A model generated the notes under the pieces. That model searched no databases. It was not told the DNA's origin and saw only the letters and a program-made list of their open reading frames with translations. A stretch of DNA of 64,000 nucleotides, taken from assembly GCA_963586955.1 (NCBI GenBank), contig CAVABR010000048.1, positions 7,862 to 71,861 of the forward strand. Reading direction: 5' to 3'. Positions 8,709-18,706 of this stretch are shown in pieces. The translations under genes and the position numbers were made by a program. Position 1 is the stretch's first letter, and every line of letters starts with the position of its first letter. Source of the stretch: a bacterium (GTDB taxonomy: Bacteria; Actinomycetota; Coriobacteriia; Coriobacteriales; Eggerthellaceae).

Positions 8709-10054
8709 GCGGCCTCCCTATACTGGTCTGCAACCGAATCTGATTCATCTTTACTTAAGTCCGTGGAACCATTGCTGACCGAAGAAACGTAAGGATTATC
8801 TTTAACCGTTGTTTCCACAACCGAAGCAAATGCTACCGCGCGTCCGTCACTTCTTGTGTATTCGCATGTTGAGAAAAGGAATGTTTGCTTAATGTCAGAT
8901 GCGCTGAGCACATCCCCTGTCTGTGAGACAACACTTCTTTGTAACTTGTCCTCAACATAGTTAGTGAAGTCTGTATTAGAAGCAAAGCTGGTTTGAACAA
9001 TAGCATCAGAGCCCGTAGTAACCACAACGGCAAATGATTTAAGACGATAATTTCCTTTAGGAGTTAGTACGTAGATATCGCGATGGCTATTGAATTCATC
9101 TTGGTTTTCCCACTTAGCAAGTGAAGCAAACATTGAGCCATCGTTCATGTTATGCCCATACAAGGCGTTATTGCGACTGCTGAGATCTGATTTGTTATTA
9201 GAATCAAGAAAGATTGTTCCAGCCGATGATGTCCAGCCCGTCGATCCATCAAAGGATTTCTTGAGATATTCATCGTTATCTTTTCCCTGTACAACAGGAT
9301 AATTAACAGGTGTGCCGGGAATGTAGACCCAAGCAACAACATCAGGGTTAATAGCCTTCAATGCATCCCAATCAACCTTAAGATCAGAAAGCGAAACATT
9401 TGCATTGGTATCCGCAGGAAGAGAAACGTTAGATTCTAAGTCAGAATAAGCTTTTTGCTGAGCCCAATATTGATACAAAATAGCGCCAAGAACTGCTAAA
9501 GAGCAAATCAAAACAATGAGCGCAATAATAAAAACTGCTCTCCATCCTTTTGATTTTTTCTTAGGTTGCATCTGAGGAGAGGAAGGTCCATACCCACCAG
9601 AACCGCCAAAGCCTCCGGCACCGCCAACACCACCAACGGGCGCAAAAGATTGCGTAGACCCACTCTGGCCATTGATTGGCTCAAAATTCTGAGGCGAACC
9701 AGCATAATTATTTCCATAACCAGCAGGATAGTTCTGCTGATTGACCGAAGCACCGTAATTGTTCCCGTAAGCATTAGAAGAATAACCCTGTTGGTTGACA
9801 GGCGAGGCATAGTTACTACCGTAAGCATCCGAAGAATAGCCCTGTTGCCCGAAAGCACCACCACCATAGCTGTTTCCATAAGCGCTATTGGGGTAATTTT
9901 GCTGACCGGTAGGTGCACCATAGTTATTCCCATAAGCATTATGAGAATAACCCTGCTGACCTACCGCGTCTTCTTGAAAGGAAGAGGCTGAATCAAAAGA
10001 AGATTCGTCGATTCGTGCATGCGCACCTCGAACGTGGTTAGAATCTTTTCCCAT
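8705..10054 (-). CDS. srtB: Class B sortase with a long low-complexity N-terminal region
   Basis: One TM helix, then INPDVVAWVYIPGT-VNYPVVQ, YGHNMNDGSMF (catalytic His) and FSTC...DGR (catalytic Cys and Arg). The stop overlaps the purF start (ATGA). Confidence 0.88.
   Translation of the reverse strand: MGKDSNHVRGAHARIDESSFDSASSFQEDAVGQQGYSHNAYGNNYGAPTGQQNYPNSAYGNSYGGGAFGQQGYSSDAYGSNYASPVNQQGYSSNAYGNNYGASVNQQNYPAGYGNNYAGSPQNFEPINGQSGSTQSFAPVGGVGGAGGFGGSGGYGPSSPQMQPKKKSKGWRAVFIIALIVLICSLAVLGAILYQYWAQQKAYSDLESNVSLPADTNANVSLSDLKVDWDALKAINPDVVAWVYIPGTPVNYPVVQGKDNDEYLKKSFDGSTGWTSSAGTIFLDSNNKSDLSSRNNALYGHNMNDGSMFASLAKWENQDEFNSHRDIYVLTPKGNYRLKSFAVVVTTGSDAIVQTSFASNTDFTNYVEDKLQRSVVSQTGDVLSASDIKQTFLFSTCEYTRSDGRAVAFASVVETTVKDNPYVSSVSNGSTDLSKDESDSVADQYREAA
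9700..9962 (-). repeat. Five in-frame ~18-aa repeats, consensus (G/N)QQ(G/N)Y(S/P)xxAYG(N/S)NY, in the srtB N-terminus
   Basis: GQQGYSHNAYGNNYGAPT / GQQNYPNSAYGNSYGGGAF / GQQGYSSDAYGSNYASPV / NQQGYSSNAYGNNYGASV / NQQNYPAGYGNNYA. Confidence 0.9.
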
Positions 10055-10138
10055 AAAGAAATACCTCTTGTCTTGTTAAACGCCTCAGTTATTCATCAGC
10101 ACAAACTTACTCTATCAAAGCAACGTTTTAATAGTAAC

Positions 10139-11857
10139 CTAAAATTCGGAACCTTCAAACTGCTTGAGTCTCTTTTCTAGGGCATCATTGATAACACGGA
10201 GCGCCTTTACACGTGCGTAATATTTATCATCGCTTTCTAACAAAGTCCAAGGAGCATGTTCGGTAGAAGTCAAGCGGAACATATCTTCAATTGCTGCATA
10301 ATATTGAGGTGTTTTATCTCTGTTACGCCAGTCATCAGGAGTGATTTTCCACTGCTTATCGGGGTTTTCCTCGCGCGCCAAGAAGCGCTCCAGTTGCACT
10401 TCGGGCGAGACATTAACCCAAAACTTGATCAATATTGCGCCCCAATTAACCAGGTCACGTTCAAATTCGTTAATTTCGTCATAGGCGGCAGCCCATTGCG
10501 TAGGACTTGCAAAGCCTTCTACTCGCTCAACCAAGACACGACCGTACCAGCTTCTGTCATAGATGCCAACATGCCCTGCCTTAGGAAGTCTTGTCCAGTA
10601 TCTCCATAGATGAGGATGGGCCAATTCATATTGCGAAGGTGCCGGAGAAGGGAAAATGGTATACGCGCGGGCGTCCAGTGCCTGAGCTACGCGCTTAATG
10701 CTTCCGCCCTTGCCCGCTGCATCCCAGCCTTCATACATAATGATCATCGGTATGCGACGACGATACAGCAAGGGCTCAAGCTCAAAGAGCTTATCTTGCT
10801 CTTCTCTAAGCGCCTGCTTGTATTCGGGTCTTTCCAATTTAAGGGTATGGTCAGCCCTATCAAGAGAAGGTCGATTATGCAAAATTGGAAAACGACTTCT
10901 AAAAGGAGCTTGACTCAAAGATAATTGAGCTTCCTTATTAGCTTCTTTGATGATAGCTTCATTTTCTTCGTCGCTACGGGAGCGCTCATCCTTGTAAGGA
11001 ACGTTATCGGGAGATTTAAGATTAGCTTGCGCTTTCTTTTCGGCCTCAATGTCAGCCACGCTCTGCTTGAAACTCAAACTTTTCTCAAGCCTATCAACGA
11101 GCGTTTCGGCCACGGTGATATTAGCCCTACGTTTGTCATTAGCGTTAATGAGAACCCATTCTGAAGAGCCAAAATTCGTTTTCTTTAACAGTTCGTCATA
11201 CAACATATAGGCGCCACTGTAATAATCAAGATCCTTTACGTCTTGTTCAGTAACACGCCAACGCATATTAGGGTCATTATAGAGACTTTCCACACGTTTT
11301 CGCTGTTTGTCTTCTGAAATGTGGAAGAAGAACTTCACGACTAAATAGTTGCTCGAAACCAACTGTGATTCAAAGCTTTCAATTGAAGGTACTACCCTGT
11401 CTATCCTGCGCATGAGGTCATGTTTATTAGGCTTTATGCCTCTTTTTTTCGCAGCTAACGTTCGATCTACCAAATATTCAGTGGCAAACGAATACCAACC
11501 GCGATCAAAAAATGTTATTTTTCCACGAGAAGAAAGGGCATTCCAAAATTGTTGCATAGGTGGATAAAAACCTGTTGCTCCATATTTCCCCTCAGAGGAA
11601 ATGAGCATGGTATCGAGCGAGCCGTAACTTTTAGTAACGTGAACCGAAGTACCACGTGCATCTAAGTGATACAGAAGATCTGAAATTCTGCTTCCCTTGC
11701 CAGCGCCTTTCCATCCTTCAAATAAAACTACAACGCCAAGCCCTGCACTTCGTGCTTGCTGTTGAAGAACAACTAAGCGAGCCAAAAGGGCATCGTATTT
11801 TTCACGATATTTATCTTTAGAAAGTTTTGGTGCATTCAAATCAATTGCTTCAAGCAT
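10139..11857 (-). CDS. ppk2: Two-domain polyphosphate kinase 2 (polyphosphate:AMP phosphotransferase-like)
   Basis: Two PPK2 domains: EGWKGAGKG...FDRGWY and EGWDAAGKGG...YDRSWYGRVLVERVEG. Start placed at ATG 11857 after a GGGGG RBS (ORF track: 11878). Confidence 0.92.
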   Translation of the reverse strand: MLEAIDLNAPKLSKDKYREKYDALLARLVVLQQQARSAGLGVVVLFEGWKGAGKGSRISDLLYHLDARGTSVHVTKSYGSLDTMLISSEGKYGATGFYPPMQQFWNALSSRGKITFFDRGWYSFATEYLVDRTLAAKKRGIKPNKHDLMRRIDRVVPSIESFESQLVSSNYLVVKFFFHISEDKQRKRVESLYNDPNMRWRVTEQDVKDLDYYSGAYMLYDELLKKTNFGSSEWVLINANDKRRANITVAETLVDRLEKSLSFKQSVADIEAEKKAQANLKSPDNVPYKDERSRSDEENEAIIKEANKEAQLSLSQAPFRSRFPILHNRPSLDRADHTLKLERPEYKQALREEQDKLFELEPLLYRRRIPMIIMYEGWDAAGKGGSIKRVAQALDARAYTIFPSPAPSQYELAHPHLWRYWTRLPKAGHVGIYDRSWYGRVLVERVEGFASPTQWAAAYDEINEFERDLVNWGAILIKFWVNVSPEVQLERFLAREENPDKQWKITPDDWRNRDKTPQYYAAIEDMFRLTSTEHAPWTLLESDDKYYARVKALRVINDALEKRLKQFEGSEF

Positions 11858-12064
11858 ATTTCCCCCAGTAGACGTCATAAAGAAAAAATCTTCAGAATAA
11901 ATGTTAAAAATTGTTTCTTCTCTACTCTACTACGCATTATCCCAAGAGAGTATAGTTAAATAAAAGATTGTGTGAGATGTCAAAAAACATCTTCATTTTA
12001 AGATACAAATAGCATCTCTTAATACTTTCTATCCTTCGAAATGCTACCTTTAACAGGAGGAACC

Positions 12065-12985
12065 GTGCCACGATACGCCCTTATAGACCTCGGATCGAAC
12101 ACCATTCGACTCTGTATTTATGAAGTCTCTTCATCGCAAAAGCAAAACCTCACCAGAAAAGATATTACTATTCTTCTTAACTACAAAATAATGGCCGGTC
12201 TTGCTTCTTTTGTAAAAGAAGGTGAAATTTCGAAAAAGGGCATAAAAAAAGCAATCAACACCATCAATGCACATCTAAAACGTGCCTCGCATTTCAACTG
12301 CAAAGAAATACATGTTTTTGCCACGGCGGTCATCCGTAACTGCGCCAATTCAGAAGAGGCAGCCAAGGCAATTTCTGAAGCTTGTAAAATCCCTCTCAAA
12401 GTTCTTTCAACTTGGGATGAAGCTCATTTAGGATTTTGTGGAGCAAGTTTAGATAGGCCAATCGAAGACGGCCTTCTCATTGATATTGGCGGAGGCTCAA
12501 CGGAGCTTACCGTTGTCAATAAAGCCAAAGACAGCAATAGCATCAGTATTCCTCAAGGATCACTGTCTTCTTATTCGTCCTATGTGGCAGGAATCATTCC
12601 GACACAAAGTGAAATTATGTCTATACAAAATGGGTTTAAAGAAAACCTTCAAGCCAGTGGGTTTGGTCTATTCAAGCAAAAAGAACTCTATGGTATTGGT
12701 GGCTCTATTCGCTCAGCAGCAAAAGTTTATGGCGATGTTTGCAACGATGGCGAACGCGATATTTGCCTTTTACCAGATCAAATTGATGAAATTTTTTGGC
12801 GTTACAAAACCGATCCTGACACATTTTTACATAAAGCACTTCAAACAATCCCAGACCGCATTCATACCTTTATCCCTGGTTGCGTAATAATTAAAGAACT
12901 TTTTGATTTAACGCAAGCACAAAAATTGACTATTTGTAAATCTGGCATTCGTGAAGGTTATTTAGTCGATCGAATACTTAATTAG
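12065..12985 (+). CDS. ppx: Exopolyphosphatase, Ppx/GppA family (short form)
   Basis: Motifs IDLGSNTIRL, FATAVIRN, IDIGGGSTEL and GIREG. GTG start after AGGAGG. Confidence 0.9.
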   Translation: MPRYALIDLGSNTIRLCIYEVSSSQKQNLTRKDITILLNYKIMAGLASFVKEGEISKKGIKKAINTINAHLKRASHFNCKEIHVFATAVIRNCANSEEAAKAISEACKIPLKVLSTWDEAHLGFCGASLDRPIEDGLLIDIGGGSTELTVVNKAKDSNSISIPQGSLSSYSSYVAGIIPTQSEIMSIQNGFKENLQASGFGLFKQKELYGIGGSIRSAAKVYGDVCNDGERDICLLPDQIDEIFWRYKTDPDTFLHKALQTIPDRIHTFIPGCVIIKELFDLTQAQKLTICKSGIREGYLVDRILN

Positions 12986-13111
12986 AATCCACAACAAATA
13001 CGCAAGTAACTTTCGCAGAATCACAAGATAAACCTTATAATAAAGTTTGAGGGATGGGCGAGATAACTAATTTGTCGTCAACATCAAGGCATATTTATAA
13101 AGGGGAAACTT

Positions 13112-15946
13112 TTGATGGAAGCAAAGAAAATTTCCGGAGAAGCAAAATCTGATTCGGTTGAACAAAAAAAAGAGAAGAACGAAAAAGTTCCAACTAAAAA
13201 AGTTCTTCCTTATATGCAAAATCGTGAGCTTTCATGGTTAACATTTAATAAACGCGTCCTTGATCAGGGCGAAGATCATAATGTACCCATTCTTGAGCGT
13301 TTGACGTTTGTTTCAATTTTCTCAAGCAACTTGCAAGAATTTTTTATGGTACGAGTTGGAAGTTTGACCGATCTGTCTCTGCTTAAAAAAGAGCTTCGCG
13401 AAAACAAAACACTCATGACACCTGATGAACAAATCATGGCAATTCATAATCGTTGTCATGAGCTTTACCCTGAACAGGAACGAATCTTTAAGCAAATTCA
13501 GGAGCAGTTAGCTGAAGAAGGAATAAAGCAACTACAAATCAAAGATCTCAATGAAGAACAAGAAGCATATTTGAGAACCTATCTTCATGATAAAGTTTCT
13601 CCTTTCTTGTCTCCTCAGATTATCAATTCACGCCACCCGTTTCCTCATTTGGAAAATGGTGCACTATATGTTTTGCTTCGCCTTGATGACGAACAGCAAC
13701 CAAAAGAGTCTTCTTCTAAAACGAAAAAGAAGGAAAAGAATGTTGGCGCTAATGACGCAACCTTCGGATTAATTCCTCTTCCCCGTCAGGCAGAAAGAAT
13801 TATTAAGCTACCCGGAAAAGGCCTACAGTTTATCTTGCTTGAAAATGCGCTCAAGCTCATTGTTGATGAAGTATTTTCAATGTATGTCACCAAGCGCGCA
13901 AGCGTTATCTGTGTAACAAGAAATGCCGACATTGATGCCAATGATGGCGTTGACGAAATTGATTATGACTACCGTGAGCATATGAAACGCATCCTCAAAA
14001 AGCGTGCGCGTCTTGCTCCTGTTCGTCTTGAGACTGACACTCCCCTTTCATCCGTTACTGAAAAGTTCCTTTTGAAACGCTTGAATCTGGAGCCCCATCA
14101 AGTATATGTAACGCAAGTTCCTCTTGATATGGGTTACGCCTGGGCACTCAGCTCCATGATTGACGAAGAAACCGCAAAGAGGGTTACCAGCAAGCCTTTC
14201 ACGCCTCAGTGGCCTGCTTGCTTAGAAAAAGGTCGTTCAATTATTGAGCAAGTTTGCGAACATGACGTACTGCTTTCTTATCCATATGAAAGCATGGAGC
14301 CCTTCGTACAACTTTTGAAGGAAGCTGCAAATGATCCATCGGTTCTTTCAATCAAGATTACGCTCTACCGTCTTGCCAACCAATCTCATCTAGCTGAAGC
14401 GCTCCTTGCAGCGGCAGAAAATGGGAAAGAAGTTACCGCCCTGTTTGAGTTGCGCGCACGTTTTGACGAATCAAACAACATAGAGTGGTCTCAGCGTTTT
14501 GAGCAGGCAGGCGCAAATGTAATTTATGGCTTCCATGACTTTAAAGTTCATTCCAAGATTTGCACTATCACGCGTCACAGTGAGCAAGGCATACAGCACA
14601 TAACTCAATTAGGTACGGGCAACTATAACGAAAAAACTTCTAAGCTCTATACCGACTTTTCCTTCATTACTACTAATGAAGGCATCGGGAAAGACGCTGC
14701 GGAGTTTTTCCGTAATATGAGTTTGGAAAATACCTCGAACAATTACCAAAATCTTGTGGTAGCTCCGCTTCAAATTAAGCCTCTCATTTTGAAGAAGATT
14801 GACGAGCAAATTGAGCTTGCTAAACAAGGGAAACCTAACGGCGTTTTATTTAAGACAAATTCCGTTACTGACAAAGAGATAATCGACAAAATTGCTGAAT
14901 CTTCTCAGGCTGGTGTTCATACCACCCTCTTTGTCCGTGGAATTTCCTGCATCGTCCCTGATGTAAAAGGTTATACCGATAACGTTGATGTTGTCTCCAT
15001 CGTAGGCAGACTTCTTGAGCACAGCAGAATTTACGGCTTTGGTCCTCATGATGACATGGAAATCTATCTTGCCAGTGCAGACCTTATGACGCGCAATATG
15101 GACAAGCGCATAGAAATTGCTTGGCAGATCAGTGAAGAATCGCTCAAGAAACAGGTACTTGATTATCTCAATATTTCCCTTTCTGATACCGCAAAACTCA
15201 GAAAGCTTCAGAACAACCTTGAATTTACGCCTCTTGAGTATTATGCAGAAGTAAACAAGGCTGGCTTTGTTGAGTCATTTGACTCTCAAAACTACCTCAT
15301 TGAAAAGGCTCAGACAGATTACGAGAACTCCGTAAAACAGCGTGAAGAAGAAAATAAAAAGCGCTCTGCCATAGCTCAGGCTCAACGTCTTCGTGATGCC
15401 GAAACGCTTCGTCATAGTGCAACGGTTTCAACCCATTTACAAACACTCACTCAAGAGCAACTCATTCCAAGCCCTAAGGCTGAAGCAACTTCGCCAAAAA
15501 ATACTGAGCCTTCAGTAGCAGAAAATCTTGAAAACAAAACGGTAGCAGAAGCTCCCAAAACAACTGCTCCAGCAAATACTAACGAAACAACCAACACACC
15601 AAAAGAGACAACTGGAACAGCCGGTGCGTCTGCACAGGCAACCACATCAACACCAGTAGCACAGGCGACAACCGAAGCAGGGGCTGTTGCATCCGCTCCC
15701 GCTCCTGAGGCTACCTCTCTTGGTTCTGAAGCAAATCAGGACACTGCGCCTCTTCCAAACAACCAGGTATCTGCTTCTGCTGAAGCACCTTCTGCACAAA
15801 CGGCAGAAGCGCAAAAGCAAACTGTTACGGCTGAAGTTCTCCCCTCTGTTGAAGAGCCGTCTTCTGATGCTATTCAGCTTGTGGTTAGGGGCAAAAAGCC
15901 TGGATTCTTCAAGCGCCTCAAGTTCCTTTTCACCGGGCACTTCTAA
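13112..15946 (+). CDS. ppk1: Polyphosphate kinase 1 with a long C-terminal extension
   Basis: Motifs NRELSWLTFNKRVL, EFFMVRVG, ELRARFDE, KVHSK, GTGNYNE, LEHSR and SADLMTRN. About 200 extra residues follow the catalytic core. Confidence 0.97.
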   Translation: MMEAKKISGEAKSDSVEQKKEKNEKVPTKKVLPYMQNRELSWLTFNKRVLDQGEDHNVPILERLTFVSIFSSNLQEFFMVRVGSLTDLSLLKKELRENKTLMTPDEQIMAIHNRCHELYPEQERIFKQIQEQLAEEGIKQLQIKDLNEEQEAYLRTYLHDKVSPFLSPQIINSRHPFPHLENGALYVLLRLDDEQQPKESSSKTKKKEKNVGANDATFGLIPLPRQAERIIKLPGKGLQFILLENALKLIVDEVFSMYVTKRASVICVTRNADIDANDGVDEIDYDYREHMKRILKKRARLAPVRLETDTPLSSVTEKFLLKRLNLEPHQVYVTQVPLDMGYAWALSSMIDEETAKRVTSKPFTPQWPACLEKGRSIIEQVCEHDVLLSYPYESMEPFVQLLKEAANDPSVLSIKITLYRLANQSHLAEALLAAAENGKEVTALFELRARFDESNNIEWSQRFEQAGANVIYGFHDFKVHSKICTITRHSEQGIQHITQLGTGNYNEKTSKLYTDFSFITTNEGIGKDAAEFFRNMSLENTSNNYQNLVVAPLQIKPLILKKIDEQIELAKQGKPNGVLFKTNSVTDKEIIDKIAESSQAGVHTTLFVRGISCIVPDVKGYTDNVDVVSIVGRLLEHSRIYGFGPHDDMEIYLASADLMTRNMDKRIEIAWQISEESLKKQVLDYLNISLSDTAKLRKLQNNLEFTPLEYYAEVNKAGFVESFDSQNYLIEKAQTDYENSVKQREEENKKRSAIAQAQRLRDAETLRHSATVSTHLQTLTQEQLIPSPKAEATSPKNTEPSVAENLENKTVAEAPKTTAPANTNETTNTPKETTGTAGASAQATTSTPVAQATTEAGAVASAPAPEATSLGSEANQDTAPLPNNQVSASAEAPSAQTAEAQKQTVTAEVLPSVEEPSSDAIQLVVRGKKPGFFKRLKFLFTGHF

Positions 15947-15969
15947 TCAGAACAAACATACTACACATG

Positions 15970-16001
15970 AAAATCACCCCTCAATGAGGGGTGATTTTTT
16001 T
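15970..16001 (+). terminator. Intrinsic terminator after ppk1 (likely bidirectional with asd)
   Basis: AAAATCACCCCTCA-A-TGAGGGGTGATTTTTTT. Confidence 0.9.
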
Positions 16002-16133
16002 AATTAACTACCAAGAAAGAAAACAAACGTATGTCTCTTTCTTTGATTATAAAAGCAACCTAAACAGCAACTTTTCTAGCCTAATTGACCCTTAATGCTA
16101 ATCAGCTACGCAAAAAGTAGGCTCAATTAAAGC

Positions 16134-17174
16134 TTAAGGCAAAAGGAGTTCTGCAATTTGAACAGCATTCAAAGCAGCACCTTTGCGAATCTGGTCAGCT
16201 ACATTCCAGAAAGCAATACCATGCTCAACAGAGTAATCCTTGCGTAAACGTCCAACATAAGCACCGTCAGTACCTGCCAAAAGCCCTGGCATTGGATAAA
16301 CTTTGTTCTCAATATCATCCATTACGGTGATACCAGGAGCATTTTCAAGTGCCTTTCGTGCTTCTTCAACGGAAACCTCAGATTCAAATTCCACATTGAT
16401 AGCTTCACCATGGCAACGAAGAACCGGAACGCGAACACACGTTGCAGCCACCTGAACGTTTTCGTCACCCAAGATCTTTTTGGTTTCTACAACCATCTTC
16501 CATTCTTCTTTAGTAGAAGCATCATCAAGGAAAACATCAATATGAGGAATACAGTTGAAAGCAATTTGGTGCGCAAAAGCATCAATGGTCAACTCTTCTC
16601 CCTCTAAGAATTGCTTAGTCTGAGCATAGAGCTCATCCATAGCTTTAGCGCCTGCACCTGAAGCTGCCTGATACGTAGAAACAACCACGCGCTTAATGCG
16701 GGAAATATCATAGAGAGGCTTGAGCGCTGCGACCATCTGAATGGTTGAGCAGTTTGGATTTGCAATAACGCCACTATGCCAAGAAATATCCTGAGGATTA
16801 ACTTCAGGAACAATCAGAGGTACATCGTCATCCATGCGGAATGCGCTGGAGTTATCAATCATTACAGCGCCTGCTTTTACTACTGCCTCGCGCATGGCCT
16901 TTGAAACTGAAGCGCCAGCAGAAAAGAGTGCAATATCTACTCCCTCAAAACTTTCAGGAGTCATTTCCTGAACGACGAGCTCCCCTTTAGGAACTTGACC
17001 ACAGCCATCAAAAGGAAGGGTTTTTCCTGCAGAACGAGCAGAAGCTAACGCTTTAACTTCTGAAGCAGGAAAGTTGAGATCATGAAGCACTTTAAGAAAT
17101 TCACGACCAACGGCACCCGTAGCACCAGCGACAGCAACAACAGGATTAGCAGGTATTTTCTTATCCCAAGTCAT
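16134..17174 (-). CDS. asd: Aspartate-semialdehyde dehydrogenase
   Basis: Motifs GATGAVG, IDNSSAFRM, ANPNCST, TYQAASGAG and RKGAALNAVQIAE. Start at ATG 17174 after GAAAGGGA. Confidence 0.97.
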   Translation of the reverse strand: MTWDKKIPANPVVAVAGATGAVGREFLKVLHDLNFPASEVKALASARSAGKTLPFDGCGQVPKGELVVQEMTPESFEGVDIALFSAGASVSKAMREAVVKAGAVMIDNSSAFRMDDDVPLIVPEVNPQDISWHSGVIANPNCSTIQMVAALKPLYDISRIKRVVVSTYQAASGAGAKAMDELYAQTKQFLEGEELTIDAFAHQIAFNCIPHIDVFLDDASTKEEWKMVVETKKILGDENVQVAATCVRVPVLRCHGEAINVEFESEVSVEEARKALENAPGITVMDDIENKVYPMPGLLAGTDGAYVGRLRKDYSVEHGIAFWNVADQIRKGAALNAVQIAELLLP

Positions 17175-17250
17175 AGTAAGTTCCCTTTCATACTCGCAAA
17201 CTAAACCGTAGCTAATATCTTCTTTAGAGCTACTACTGGTATTGTGCATT

Positions 17251-17290
17251 AAAAAAGGAGCTCAAACGTCTAAATTCGTTCGAGCCCCTT
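17251..17290 (-). terminator. Intrinsic terminator between ask and asd
   Basis: Minus strand reads GGGGCTCGAACG-loop-CGTTTGAGCTCC-TTTTTT (stem includes G-U pairs). Confidence 0.7.
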
Positions 17291-17309
17291 AGAAATTCTT
17301 GGAACGGCC

Positions 17310-18590
17310 TTATCTGCCCTTATTCATCTTTGCTGCAATTTCTTCTGCAGAAAGTTGCGTTTCTTCGAAAACGCTGTCTGAGTCAAGACCAAAGGCAGTA
17401 TGCAAACAACGAACTGCAGCGCCAACCTGACTTCCCTCAACCACAACCGAGATGCGAATTGGGCTGGTAGAAATCATGATGATATTGATTTGGTTGTCAG
17501 CAAGAGCACTAAAAGCACGCGCTGCAACACCAGGACTTGATTTCATGCCGGTACCAACCAAAGAAACCTTGGCAATGTTTTCATCAACCAAAACAGTCAA
17601 TTCGCCCAACTCATCGCTAATGCGCTCAACAGCCTTAAGTGCGTCTTCTTTTTGAGCACTCGGAAGCGTGAAGCTGATATTGGCTTTGCCGTCATTTGAA
17701 GTATTTTGAATGATAAGGTCTACTGAAACATTGTTACCAGCAAGTGTTGAAAATACTTTAGCGGCTATACCTGCTTGGTCAGGTAAACCACGAACGGTGA
17801 TCTTGATTTCAGAAGTGTCATGAGCAATTCCTGAAATAACAGCTTGTTCCATAGATGGAGCAACCTCCTTAATTAAGGTACCTTCCGCCTCAGAAAAGGC
17901 AGAACGAGAATGAATAACTACGTTATATTTTCTTGCGAATTCAACCGCACGAGATTGCAAAACTCCCGCGCCTCCGCTTGATAATTCAAGCATGTCATCA
18001 TAAGAAATAACATCGAGCTTCTTTGCTCTTGGCGCCACACGAGGATCTGCGGTATAGATGCCATCAACATCCGAATAGATTTCGCAAACATCAGCCTTGA
18101 TGCCATGCGCAAGTGCAACAGCAGTTGTATCTGACCCACCACGACCGAGCGTGGTAATGTCACCTTTGAGAGATAAACCCTGAAAGCCGGCGACAACAAC
18201 GATAGCACCACTCTTGAGCGCTTCTCTGATTCTGTCGGCATCAATGTCTTCAATTTTGGCACGAGAAAAATCACTATCGGTAGTAATACCTGCTTGCCAT
18301 CCGGTAAAGCTAACCGCTTTATATCCAAGAGCTTGAATAGCCATAGCAAGTAATGACATACTTACCTGCTCTCCCGTTGAAAGGAGCATATCCATTTCAC
18401 GAGGAGCGGGATGAGTATTAAGAGCAGCCGCAAGCCCTACCAACTCATCAGTTGTTTTTCCCATAGCAGAAACAACTGCTACCACATCATCGCCCGCCTG
18501 TTTCTTTTCGATAAGACGCTTGGCAACCATTTGAATACGTTCAGGTGAGGCAACGGAAGTGCCTCCGAATTTTGCTACAACTAACGACAT
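17310..18590 (-). CDS. lysC: Aspartate kinase
   Basis: Motifs KFGGTSVA, VVSAMGKTTD, TTLGRGGSDTTA and DVDGIYTADPR, plus two ACT domains. Confidence 0.97.
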   Translation of the reverse strand: MSLVVAKFGGTSVASPERIQMVAKRLIEKKQAGDDVVAVVSAMGKTTDELVGLAAALNTHPAPREMDMLLSTGEQVSMSLLAMAIQALGYKAVSFTGWQAGITTDSDFSRAKIEDIDADRIREALKSGAIVVVAGFQGLSLKGDITTLGRGGSDTTAVALAHGIKADVCEIYSDVDGIYTADPRVAPRAKKLDVISYDDMLELSSGGAGVLQSRAVEFARKYNVVIHSRSAFSEAEGTLIKEVAPSMEQAVISGIAHDTSEIKITVRGLPDQAGIAAKVFSTLAGNNVSVDLIIQNTSNDGKANISFTLPSAQKEDALKAVERISDELGELTVLVDENIAKVSLVGTGMKSSPGVAARAFSALADNQINIIMISTSPIRISVVVEGSQVGAAVRCLHTAFGLDSDSVFEETQLSAEEIAAKMNKGR

Positions 18591-18706
18591 AATATTCTTT
18601 CTTCTATAAAAAAGTGCTTGTTTATAATAACAAAAACAAGCACAAAGAAACCTCTGTTAACGAATGATTTACGCATAAGAGCAAAAAGTCTATCTAAAAG
18701 AGCAAT

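Noticed and set aside
18591..18706. Lysine riboswitch upstream of ask
   Set aside because: The gap is only ~115 bp and AT-rich, too short and without consensus.
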